A stretch of 64,000 nucleotides of DNA from Ascidiella aspersa. Lineage: Eukaryota. A program made the translations under genes and the position numbers. The notes under the pieces are model-generated. The model had not been told where the DNA came from. It saw nothing but the letters and a program-made list of their open reading frames with translations, and searched no databases. The stretch lies in NCBI GenBank assembly GCA_963924565.1, contig OZ004615.1:15066001-15130000 (forward strand). The letters run 5' to 3'. Below, piece by piece: positions 1-12,892 of this stretch. Position 1 is the first letter of the stretch. Every line of letters begins with the position of its first letter.

Positions 1-3000
1 GTATATAGTACACGTATATACTTTGGGATTCCACAAATGATGCTGTAGCAGCGAGTTGAGGTATACATGTAATATTAATGCGCAGAACCGGTCAAGTTTT
101 CCTACACTGAAATATTAACGAAAAAACTGCTTACAACACCGACTATCGTGATTTAAGTACATATAGATGTACCTCTACGGCTTGATATTGTAGGCCAATA
201 GTAGGCCTTCTTGACAGAGCAACTATCCCGGCATATACAGTCACTAGGTCAGCTAAAAGGATCACACAAACAAGTACAAAGAAAATCAAGTGGCTGGTTT
301 GCAACATAGCGCGTACTTCGTAAACAGCAACGAAAATAATAATGTATAAATTCACGGGGAAATATTTACAGATAACAAAGGTAAAACTAATATTGTATAG
401 TATACTTTCAAGCGGTGGCAATATTCATTTTTATAGCCTTATTCTTATTTAACAATATACATCAGATATAAGGCTTCCCTACGATACTACCAAATAGGCC
501 TAGCCTACTATTTTCCAAAAACCTGTTCGTCTGACTATTAGTATGTTAAGAACGGATTAGTACTAATGTGATTTCAGTTATATCATTACTGAGCTTATCC
601 TACCTAAATACACTCATTCACTGAATTTTCTACGCTCTTAGGCATAAGCATTCAATTATGCTTAAATGGGCTAGATTTTGTTGAAACCTGACAATTACAT
701 AGACAAAGCAGCACCGCTTCTTTTTTAGGTCTGTAAGTTTAATAATTACCGTTTCGGCGCTTTAAGCACGGTGCATTCTGCCATGAAACTTCGTTGATTT
801 CAGTCTAGGTCCTAGGAAATAACTTATGTTGCTGAAGCAATTGTGGCTGCTATACAACAGCCATGCTGCACTGACTTGTTTTACTATATTTGGAATATAC
901 ACAAAAACCGCGCGCCCATTTTCATTTTGGAAAAAAAACTAAATCAAGATTGTTGCAACGCGAGAATTTGACAGTTTATCACGGCCGATGCACACGAAAG
1001 ACGTGATAGTCGAAAATCAAAATCGTGATCGGGATAATTAGAAACGTAGGCCGGGAAAATGCACGGTAAAAAAATCTTAAACGTTTACAACGGAAAGGAT
1101 CAAATACGTTTGCCGAACACCTTACTGGACGTTACTTCGAAAGCAGTTTATTTTTGGTCAAGCAGTAGCAAAGGCGTCATGTATTCTTTATTATTGCCAA
1201 CATGACCTCGATCGAACCATGGTTAAGAACCACTGGTCTAGATTTTCATACAAACAGGTTGTTTCATATAAGGTGTAAACTCCCTATTTTTTTAACAAAC
1301 AAAAAGTTTACAATTCGCTTGAAATTTTCACAGACAGTAAATTTATAAAACAGTTGTTTAGATTCAGAAAGTTAGTTTTCTGTTTGTAAATTCGACTGCA
1401 TTTATGTCACGTTGCTGATACCGTTCCGAAGTATTCTGGACTGGACATCATTGATACCGATAAACTATTTTTGTAAAGCTTTAACATACTTTTAGAACTA
1501 TTCCTATACCTCGGTTTACTGGAAACCGCTCGATCTACAAATTTCTAAACAAGCTTATCGCGTTCATACTGATGTGCAAAAGTATCAACAACATTTTAAC
1601 AAAATAAGCAAAACTCGAATAACCGCCTTATTTTTATATTTTTCTTCATGGTATACTGTGCAACCTAAGTCTTGGAATTGTAAAATACCTAGTTTTTAAC
1701 AGATAAATATAGGTATACCATATGAACGAAAGTGTCTTGGAATCCGCGAACAAAAAACTTTTGATTTTATAATATTTAGCTGATCGAACATCAATTTCAC
1801 CAAATGCTTTTTACCATCTTCTATAACATTCATGTGACAAAACGGTAGTTTTTGTAAACAGTTAAAGCTCGAGTAGACTAAAGGAAGCAAGAAAGTCTTA
1901 TTATAGTACTACGTAACATATGAGGGTCCTAAAACACAGAAACATAACTATGCTTACAGTAATTGTTGTAACCCTCTTGCTCTTCGTACACAACGCACCG
2001 GTTCCTACAAGAGCGCACCAAAACATTGGTTCAGCAACGTAATTTAGGTGCCGCAAGGGGTTCGACTTCAATTTGGCCCGCTTTTTATGTCCGTGCTAAA
2101 TCAATTGCGACTCCACGTACATCGTCGTTTACGCTTCGCCTTCGCCCGTGGCGTTTTAGGTTTGCATCAGTGACCGACGTCAGAAGAGAGCCCTTGCAGC
2201 AAACATAGAACGTCGGGTGCCTCATTAAGACTGACGCCCAGCGCTGTACTTCGACGACCCCATGTAAACAAGCGCAATACCAGATATCGTCGTTAACATA
2301 AAGCAATCGGGATTACGCGGCGTGGAATTAGGTGACCGCTTGTAAGATATTTCGTGTGTTTAAATCGTAGACTCTTTCTAATCTTTACGCCAGTTATTCA
2401 GTATTGTAGGTTTGAATCAAAAGCGACCCACGTTATGTGAGAAAGATTCCTAATTAACTTGAAGAGGGCGTGAAGCGCATACAGATGTGACTCGAATTTG
2501 TCGTTTAAAAGGATCATCATACGTCCTTAATATTTTATTGTCGCTCAAACATAGCAAATGCATTATATCAAAACAATGTAAAAATATTTAGCTAAATGCT
2601 AATGCAACCAACAAAATTAATCACCAACTATATCCATACTACACAATAAAGTTATCGGTCAATTTTGATATTTGTATTTCGGGCTTCACCTGGGGATAAC
2701 AAATAATGAATCAATAATAACTTAGATAGCGAATAACGTAAAAATACCATGTAGAACAAAAAAAACCTTTCTACGTCTCAACTTCTTTTCTTTATTAGCC
2801 AATATTTTGCCTGTGGTGCGACCTTTGGCGCATGTAAAATACGATTTAAAGCGTACATTTTCTTAAATTGGCAAAATAGCCTACAGATCAAATTTAAGTT
2901 AGTGGTGTAGTTACTAACTAAATGGTATAAATGAGTATTTAAAGGTAAGCTATATCGTCTGCTAAGTGAACAATAACTACATGTCGAGTCAAATCAAGTC

Positions 3001-4890
3001 CCAGGGGTAATCAATTCATTATAATTACAGTATTCTAAATATATCGCTTCGGTTACAGGGCAACCTTAACTCAGGGTCAGACAGTCTAATGCTATTGATG
3101 GCGGAATAACATCCGAAATGTTGGTTTATGAAACATATACCAACCATATTTTTGCATTCAACTTCTTTTTGTAATTGTTTAATTAGTTTACTGGGTATGT
3201 TAGTTTCCCATATGTATTTGTTCTATAGGTTACTTGCAGACAACACATTTTGTTACGACAGCCTTAGGTACGCTCAATATTTCTTGATCTCAAGGGATAC
3301 CAAATTGATAAAAAGGACCTCCCCATACAGTACGCCAGACAATACTTTAAGCTAAAACCCTATTGTCCCACTCCTTAAAATTAAACCTTCTACACTTTCC
3401 CTGCTTACCACCATTCTATAATACTATCATGTTACCTATTTTAGGGTGGTCCAAAACCTATTATTTGTTGCCCGAGAAACGTTGTTTAAATCAAATATAC
3501 TGCAACTTAACTCTGTTTACGTCCTGATCCTATACTGGTTATTTAAAGATAAGTAAAATAAGAACAGCAAAGTTATTAAAATCAAGGTTTAAATTGTCAG
3601 TGTTTGATTGTTTGTAGTCATCATGCAGACAACTGTACGTGGCCTGCGAATCGAAATGATTTTAGAACGCGCGAATAGGCAAGTTTGGACCATCCTGATC
3701 TATGTAAAGATTACCGTACTTTAAAATAATTAATCCTCACTCTGTTGAACAAACGTTCGGATTGTTATTATAAGATATTGGTCTCACTTTTCAAATAAAC
3801 AAGCTGCGTGATTTGACGCAAGCATTGTGCGCTAAACACAAAAACACAACTTTGGGCACATCTAGAATGTTTTGTCATAATCGTCATAGCATTTACGTTA
3901 ATATATAAACGTAAGCCAATAAGTATTAAGTAGTGTATGTAGGACGATACCATTAACTCTAACAAGTAATGGTTTGATTTTTGCGGTTACTTCGGTAAAA
4001 ATATGATGCAGTAATGTGTCCGTGGCAAGTTTCGTTTAGGGTTTAGTACGCATTTACGTCTATGTCAGTCAACACATATAAAATAATACAAAGGTGGTAA
4101 AAATTATTCCATATGACATGTAACTTTACCTTATCATAAACTCCTCACAGATACCTTTATAAACTGTTTCAGCGAACATCGACGATGACCTGTTCTTCGC
4201 ATTTCGAGGCTCGGTAACGCATTTCTATGCTAGGTATAGCCTACGTTCCTGTCGTGTATTACCTAGCAAAAATATGCGCCCTTTGTAGCACTTTTGGCCA
4301 ACATCCACTGTGTCACACACAACTGTTTTTAAACCCATGCAGGTAGTGTGCAGCTACGCCTGAATTTAACATGTAGCAATTACAGCATTTATGTAGCCGC
4401 CTGCCAGAAGTGTGGAAACAAACATATCGGGCGAACTAAAACCAAGTTTTTCACTAGTTTGAACGCCCATCGCTAACTCTAGCGCGCGTAGCAATTTACT
4501 TATAAAAATAACTCGTGCCTTAAAACCAATAGGTTATTCACCGGTTAGGTTTCCCACAATATTAAACATTCTTTCAATGACATAAAATTTATTAAAGGAA
4601 GGCGGATGTCAAAAGTGTTTTTTCCTTTTCTGTATATAATATAATGTTTTTGCTATTAACGAGGCTTCAAAAGGTATATAGTGAAGGGGGTTGCACTCCA
4701 GGAAAACTTCATTATAGGCTTACTCCGCTTTGGACAGTATTTTGTTTCGTTTTCTGTTTTTTGCTAAACATGTGCCACCGAGTTATAAGCAAGCCCCGGG
4801 GTAAAACATCGTTTTTCGCGAAAATGCCATAATCGTTTTCTACTTTCACAACAGCGACAAAATAAATCCCAGTTGCCTTTTCGTTTATTT

Positions 4891-7800
4891 TCATTCGCTA
4901 ATCACTGAGTCGATGAAGTCCCTCAGTTTGGCGACACGAGCGAATATGCTAGCGATCTCTGTGTCGCAATTCGCCTCGCCGAAACTCACGATGCCCATGT
5001 GGTACCAGCGATCATTCACGTAACAGCTCAGCGGTCCTCCGCTGTCGCCCTGTGTAAGGCATAAATAAGGTTATTATTTGTATTTTTTAATATGCTCAAA
5101 AGGTATTTTGCAAATTTATTGAGCAAAAAATAAAAAAAATACTTTTCCTTTTGTAACACGACAGGGTTTTGTGGGATTTACCAATTAGAAAAATGTACAC
5201 AATACATTAATAAGTGTAATTGTTGTGCAAAAGACGCCCGGGCTCTTCTACCTATGTGTCTTCTAATAAACTTATTAGAATAGCGCAGTGGCATTTTAAA
5301 TTTATAAATATGTTAAAGTGAGTAAAACTTTCTTTTCATGTTTAAATTAAACCTTATATATTTCATTAATATGTTTAATATACAGCAAAATACAGCAAAG
5401 CTAGTAATTCAGGTCAGACACAATAAACATATCTTAAAAGATATATATATATATTTCGCCAATCAAGGCATCGTTAGTATATGTCAGTATATCTCATTCA
5501 AATTAAGATATACTGACGATGTCTTGATTGGCGTAATATATATATATCTTTTAAGATCTGTTTATTGTGTCTGACCTGAATTACTAGCTTTGCTGGAATA
5601 TTGTGCTGTTACTGATCAGGAATTAAGGTCGGTATTTATCTTGCAAGGGTCAAGGTGATTTCCATTATTCACATATTCAGTGCAACATAAGTTTTATATA
5701 TTTATACATAATTTAGTATTTGTATGTTTTATTTGATCGGAGGGGAGCGATTAGAATATAAAATAAAGTAAGAGCTACCTAAAAAAAGGAACCACTTTTC
5801 TGTATAACTATCTCTTTTACTTTAGTTTTCATTTTGCCTTATTCCAGTGATCCCAACATTTTATGGCTTGCGGTAGCCTACCCTCAAGTAATTCACTAAA
5901 ATGTCACAATAAACGACACTGGAACGACACATATCAACTTTGCACAATGTAAAAAAATATAATTTTGAGTTGTAAGAGGCTTCTATATAAGCACCACATT
6001 CTTAAAGATTCCCTAATATTTTTTGGCACCTCTGAGCATTGAAAATGGCTCCCCAGCATGGTGCCGCGGCACCCTGTCCGGAACCACTGCTCTAGTTTAT
6101 GAACGTAGGAGAAAAATCCTAGTGTTTAAAGATTCTTACAGGTCTCAAGTCTTCCGGGCAAGTCATAAACCTTGAATCTCGTCAGAATAAAAAATTGTTA
6201 TAATAGGCCAGTCACAATTTCAAAAATGTGCTTCATGTGACGATAATCTTGGAAATGTTTTACATGTAGACTAAAAGGAAAACAGGTCATATCCTTTTTA
6301 ACTACAGAATAGTGGAATTCGCGGAACGTACAATATCATGTAGCACCGATGGAACATGTTTGGCTTCTGGCTCTTTACCTAAACTAGATTACCGCAAAAT
6401 GAAACGAATACCTTTTTTCCCTGCGAGGATCGTGTGTCCTTTGCAAGGGCCAAGATTTCATATGATTCCTTTTAAATTGTAATGCCAACTTTTTGGGTCA
6501 AAGAATCTCCGTTTAGTTAGTGCAAGCAACCAGAATGTATATAGAGAAAAACACAAACTCTACTAAAAACTGATTTGAGGCCTTGTTGAATTTGTCACAC
6601 AGAAGTATTAAGTTGGTGGCTATATATATACAGCCAAAGAGACTCCTAACAAACCCATAAGCTTGTCTTGGTAAATGCATCCAATATTGATATAAAATGG
6701 TCGGTTTACATTAACAAAGTTTTGTAATTCATTCTTGATGGGAATATACAACAAGATGTAAAAAGAAATAATAACTACATTACAAGGTAATAAGTAACCT
6801 ATCCAGTATTAGGACTCACACGACATAACAGTACCACATGCGCAATATTATCATAACACAAACCTAAGGTTGTTGAAAAAAGTCCAAGTCGCCTAAATAC
6901 CATCTAAAATAGTACAGAAAGGTAATAGGACAACTGGACGCAGCCGTTTCTGCACTGGCCGTTCTAGCATTGCCAATTCGGCGCCGTGGTTTGAACCACG
7001 TCATTTTCGACGGTGTTAGGGCACAGGAGTATTTGCTGTTGGTTAGGATTATATGAATAGGCCATCGTTGTTACGAATTAAGTTAGGGTTTAGGTTTGGG
7101 GCTGAAAATCTTGTTCTGGTATGGTTTATGTCTTATTCTGATGGTTTTAGGTCATATTTCGATGTGTTCTTACTCCAAAAGATATGTGTTTTTTTTGCTA
7201 AAAGTAAAACTACTGTTGGCTAGACTATAAACGTAGCGTTTAAAATTATTCAAAAAACTTATAAGCACTCGTATGGTTAATGCCGATTGTTCAGTAAGCC
7301 AAACTTACGTTGCACGCGCCTTTTCCCTCTCCACCTGCACACTGCATATCTGCGGTCGTGTCGAGGTTGGCTTGCTGGTACAAATTGAAGCAGTCTTCAT
7401 CGCCCATTAAGGGAAGAACGGCCTGTTGTAAGATGTTGGTGCCGCGGTTACCTCCTGACGAATGCAAAATTAGACTTATTTAACTACAAAATAGTTTTTT
7501 TAGGCGCGAAGATGAAAGCTGTATAGTTGAATATAGAAACAAAAGAGAACTTTTGTGCAATGCTACCATTAAAAATGACGAGCCGTATTGTTAGTGTCTT
7601 GGGGAATTGTAATGGCAACCAATGATGATTATTCTGCTGCAACAAATCTCTTTTTTACTAAATAATAAATTGAGGAAATATATCAAAACTTTATGTAAAA
7701 CATGTAAACATTAATTAATTGGGATACCCAAACACATACTGTACTTTTAGCGAACTATGTAAAACAAATAATTTATGCATGTTTCTCTACATTTTAAGTA

Positions 7801-10800
7801 TCAAGTTATTTGCTCGTTGTGTAACTAGATATTTAAAAGCCATTGATTTGGCAATTAAAACTTGAATTTGTCCTGCAGTACATTCAATATATTCTATAGC
7901 AGACCAATTAATTGTATTATATCGCCCAAGGCAAGATGCAGATGTATGATCTATTGTCATCTCCTCATTTAAAATTGCAGGTTCTTCAACAGGACGATGC
8001 CAAGTAATTGCACTACTACCCAAAGAAGCAATTTAACAAATAACGGGGCGTGCTTGCCTTCAGCGGTCACTCCCCAGCCAGTGACGACACAATTCATGCC
8101 TGCTGGAAAGGACCAATCAGCGTGCGCCAAACAGGCCAATGAAACGTGTTCGTTCAAGACTGCAGGAGTTTCCATTCGCACAAGGGCTGAAAACAGAAAA
8201 CAAATTGAAATTGTTGATCTCTATTAAAAATATAAATGTTAAAATTAGATGTTTGGAGACCATTTGTGAGACATTGGGTGAATTTCAAAGACTGTTACCC
8301 ACGTTTGATGCCAATGCCAGTTATTCCTCAGTGTGTGTAGTCTGAACAATTGGGCTTCGGCCTTTAAGCTGGTTTTTACTTAATAATATAATATTATTAA
8401 ATTTGGAAAAAATCAATCGCTTTACCAACGTCGTGGCTTCTATCGGGGTTGTCGTAACTCGGGTGGGAAACCTTGGCAACAATGTCGATTAATTGCTGGG
8501 AATTTTCGTTGACTTGCTTGTTGTGCATTCCCAAGGCTACCTGATCGGAACCATAAGTTCCAATACTGCAAAGTGGAACGTAGTTTTAAAGACGGCAAAT
8601 AACTAATGATTGGAAAGCAAGAGTGTGATTTTAAAAACGAATTATTTCACGGCGTATGAAAAATCATGTAAATCTATATACGACGTTGAATTGTCTACTT
8701 TACTATATAATTACAAAAAAATGAAAAAAAATGCAGACATATAATAATAGTAGGACGCTCTTAATTTCTGTTATAGGCATTTTTATTATGAAACACTAAA
8801 AAGCAGACGTATTCGCATACCTATTCTATATGGTGTATATCTATTCTAATCGATATACTACGATATGTTTTAGATAAATAAAACAATATTATATTCATAA
8901 CATGCCCTTTACCAAACAAAACTAAGCTGCAGTGGAGAATTGTATTTTAAATTAGATAAATTTACAAGATAATTTCAGCACAGTGAGCCGCAGTGACCAC
9001 CCACTGCTCCGTGACCAAGGTTCCGCCACAATATGCCGATCCATATGAACCTTGCAGCGACACCTGGCGGTTAAAAAATATAAAAATTATTTAGCAACGA
9101 CAGTCAATATTTTTGTACGACTATATCAATGCGATTGAAGACTAAAATGGTCATACAAAAACCCGACCATCTGAAATAGCGAAAATACGGTGTTCGCAAA
9201 CTTTGAGGCTTGCAGTGTTTGAGCTGCCAGATCGCAGCGGCGCAGTGGCCGGCCAATGGGGTGCACGAAGGCACTCGATCTGTACTATTCGCCACACTAA
9301 ATAAATAAATGCAAACCGCCTTCAGGGAGATTTTTAAACCAAGTTACCAAAATAACAATCTTCCTGCTTAACCACTTGGCTATTTCATTATAAGTATAGC
9401 CCATCTTCGTCTCAGACAACTGACTTTTCTTCAGCCGTTGGCCAATGGCTCTTCCAGCTTAACGTTATCTTAACCAGGGGTGACCAAACTACGGTCTGCG
9501 GGAGTTTTTCCAAATCATCCTAAAACACGGGTATTAATACTTTATAAGAAAAATTTTGGTTGGGAAGCACTGAGTTAAAGGGTCCTGTTGTTGCCAGTCA
9601 ACTTCTCGAAAGAATGTGCAATTAGGACCAATTATATTCCCATTGTTTGCGACGAATTGGAAGTTATGTAGTATTTTATTATTTTAACCGTTTTAAATCC
9701 CTATCGTCGGACATTATTGATAGACACCAAAACAACGTTTAGGTATTAGTGACTTTACATAATCGCCCGATTATACTTTTTCGTAGGAAATTGGCTACTT
9801 ACCTTATAAAGTATTGATTCGACTTAGGAATTAGTGAACAACTAACCCACCTCTGAAGCACTTGTAAGCTATAGTAACGTAACAATTACATTTACACTTA
9901 GAAACGCAAACGCAAAATCACTTTTTATCAAGATGTGCAAAAGACTGTTTAAAATAAGCTAATGTCCGCTAAATGTATGAGGAACTGAAAAAAATGAATG
10001 GAAAGCCGGGGTATTTTAGTTGGCTAATCGGGGCGCCGGGAAAGTTAATTAGACTTAAAGTAAGTCTAATTTTAACTGAACATTCGCACGCAAATTCGAC
10101 TGGGAACAGAATGTACTTGGTTTACTTGTCATGTGAGTAAGGTTGAATGATATCATGTTATGACGTAATTTTGTTATATTCCCAGGAAAATTCCCAAAAC
10201 TCTATAAAGAAAAGGTCTGAATCCGACCCTGTCTTTAACCTACCTGCCACGGCCAGCTGTGGGGAATAGCTTCCTCCCCGTTCACCACTCTCGCTCCAGG
10301 GTTCATCCAGGACATGGCGGAACTCTGGGTCTTGTAATCGAATTGGCTCAGATGTGGTTCAACGGCAGGTACGCCACAGTTGCTGTCGTCCTGATTGCCG
10401 GCTGAACACATATAAGAATAGTGTGCACTACAAACTAACGTTGCCCGGTCATCGAATAAAACTATAGCGAGTTTAATATTAAAAGTTGGGTCAACGATTT
10501 TATAAGAGCATAGCAAAACGACTTACCAAACTTATCAGATTTAAAGGCCCATTTAAGGCTTGTATATTATGGAGTAAAGTAAGGGACAGTTTTTAAATGT
10601 GCCAGCAAGTTGGAGTTACAACTTACGCGGGAAGTTTCCTCCTCCACCATTTCCTTGTGTGGTCGTGCTGACTGTGACCGTAGTCGTCGGGTCAGTGGGC
10701 GGGTCAGTGGGTGGGTCAGTGGGTGGGTCAGTGGCCGCCGTTGTGGTCGTAGTGGGGGGCTGGTTCGTTGGGGTAATTGTTTGACCCACTGTGGTCGTGG

Positions 10801-12892
10801 TGGTACTTGGTGGTTCTGTTGTGGTGGACGGCGGTGGAACTGTTCAATGCAAAGCTGAGAAATGAGGCCTGAATATCATTAGTTTTTAATTGCTTTTCTG
10901 TTTGAACTTAATGTTTAACTAAATAAAGGCGTTAAAATGAGCCAGCCTCACAAAACAAGTATACGTTTGTCGATATTATAGTAGACTGAAGCAAGACATG
11001 CGTAGCGAGCTAGCGGCGCAAAGTTGATGGAGGCCTGACGTATCCGTAGACTTAGTGTATGGCTGTATGTTAGCAATATTGCGCTAAGATCCCAAATCAC
11101 AATACCGCTATTCGCATTTAATTGTTTTATACTGCTTTGTTTAAATGTAAGCCCCTGGACAGGTCCTGCCTTTATTTTGACAATTTAAAGTTGTATTCCG
11201 TCAGAAATAGTAGTGCGTCGTCGTAATAATATGGCGTTAAAAACACTAAACAAAATAATAAAAAAGAAAACATTTGTAGCATGCACAAAAACATTAATTA
11301 AATTATTATTATTAAACCATATATACAGTGTCATAATATATTTAAAAAACACAATTTGCAGAAAAATCGATGCTTGTGTTTCAGTATATTATAATAAAAA
11401 CTATATATACTTAAACAACTTGTACAATTAAATAAACAACAAATCTCATTGTAATTGTAAACGCATGTGCGTTGGTGTTGGTTTAAAATGAATTTTATTG
11501 GAAGATATATCACAGAAAAAAAATATTTTTAGTTATGCTTCAATGGGCACGAAAGTGACCTTACTAAAAAGGCCTTATTTTTAAATGTAGAATGTATTTG
11601 AGTACGTAAAATAAAAACGTCATTTTTTTCAGCCAGACTTGTTCTATGCACTAGAAACTTTTTAGTCATATAGTAGGGATATTATGTAACAAAACAACTA
11701 TTACCGTCTCCAAACGCAGCGTAAGTAATGTGAAATCCTTTCCCTCTTGGTCCTGCCGCCCAATCGGACGCGGTCATGAACGAAACGGACATTTTATCAG
11801 TTGTCATAGTAAGCGGGGTTCGCGAGCCGCATACCATTGCTGAAATACAAATGAAACATCACTAATTGTATCAGATCCACAATGTATTTGTTCAACAGCC
11901 TGTCATTAGAGTAAGGTACAAACTGCCAAAAGCGACCAATTACCCGGCCTATATATACAAAGGACACTTCTTTTGTAAAACAACAAGTTAATATTTTTCA
12001 TGAACGCTAACTTACATTAAATTATTGCCATGCATTTAGGAAACGTGCTTTCTAATAAAACATACGGTTTACAAAAAAAAAACAGTTTCGTGTACAAGTA
12101 AACTCGTTAATTGTGACAACCATCATGACTTTAATGCGTCACCCACAGAAAAGGGGTGGTTTAAACCAGTGCTTCTTAAAGTTTTTTAGTTTTGTTCACA
12201 CCTAGCATCGATCTCCAGATTTCATTCACCCATGTCTAATGATATGATAAAACTATCTCGTCTATATATAACAGCACACAATTATTTGGGTTGTTTCGAT
12301 TTTTGTTAAGATCAACTCAAGCTAAGTTTTACCACTGAAAATCTACAATTTCAGAATTATAATGCTACAAAAGCACAAAACACAGTCACCAAATTTTTGT
12401 ACTTAAACACTCAGTACAAACCAACTTCACTATTACATTAAGCAAAATGATCAATTTATACACCAAGATTCAACTAACTTACTTCCAGGGACAGACGCGT
12501 TGCCGTCATCGTAAATCATGAGATAGTCATAGCAACCTCCGGCGTCCAAATCAACAGTGTCAAAAGTAATGCGGTAGCTCTGAGCTCCCGGCACGCGAAA
12601 TTTCCATCTCTCAGATGAAGTCGCGCTGTAGCTGTACGGGAAGTTCTCGCTGGTGATCGTACCGTAAGGTTCAAAGATTTCGACGATATATTCTGGATAA
12701 AACGCAATTATCACGAATCGTGTATGTTGCTTGCGCCCGGTCCTTTTGGCGTAATAATATCTTAACGTAACAGCTTTTATTTTTATTAAATAAACTTTAA
12801 GTATATAATTACGTACCTGATACATCAGCTCTAGGTTGAGGCAATGCTTTTGCCAGACAGCACAACAACGATACAACCAGAAAGCTTCTCAT
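4891..12892 (-). CDS. Secreted CUB-domain chymotrypsin/elastase-like S1A serine protease, 10 exons, about 487 aa
   Basis: Exons (minus): 12817-12892 (signal peptide [16 protein letters not shown]), 12483-12692 and 11705-11839 (CUB: [12 protein letters not shown]...GCYDYL...CGS...GFHITY), 10627-10839 (Thr/Pro linker with TDPP repeats), 10244-10401 (CGVPAVEP propeptide, R|VVNG activation site, HSWPWQ), 8966-9063 (CGGTLV...TAAHC), 8426-8565 (HDVAL Asp, split with the next exon), 8058-8186 (GWG), 7309-7454, 4891-5049 (GDSGGP, TGA immediately followed by AATAAA). All phases are compatible; total 1464 nt. Confidence 0.93.
5383..5608. mobile_element. Palindromic MITE/foldback in the last intron of the protease gene
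   Basis: About 90-bp near-perfect inverted arms (CAGCAAAGCTAGTAATTCAGGTCAGACACAATAAAC... / ...GTTTATTGTGTCTGACCTGAATTACTAGCTTTGCTG) with a short spacer. Confidence 0.75.
5845..6089. mobile_element. Degenerate hAT-type MITE
   Basis: CAGTGATCCC...GGAACCACTG ends and a GTGCCGCGGCACC subterminal motif resembling those near 36025 and 36950. Confidence 0.5.
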
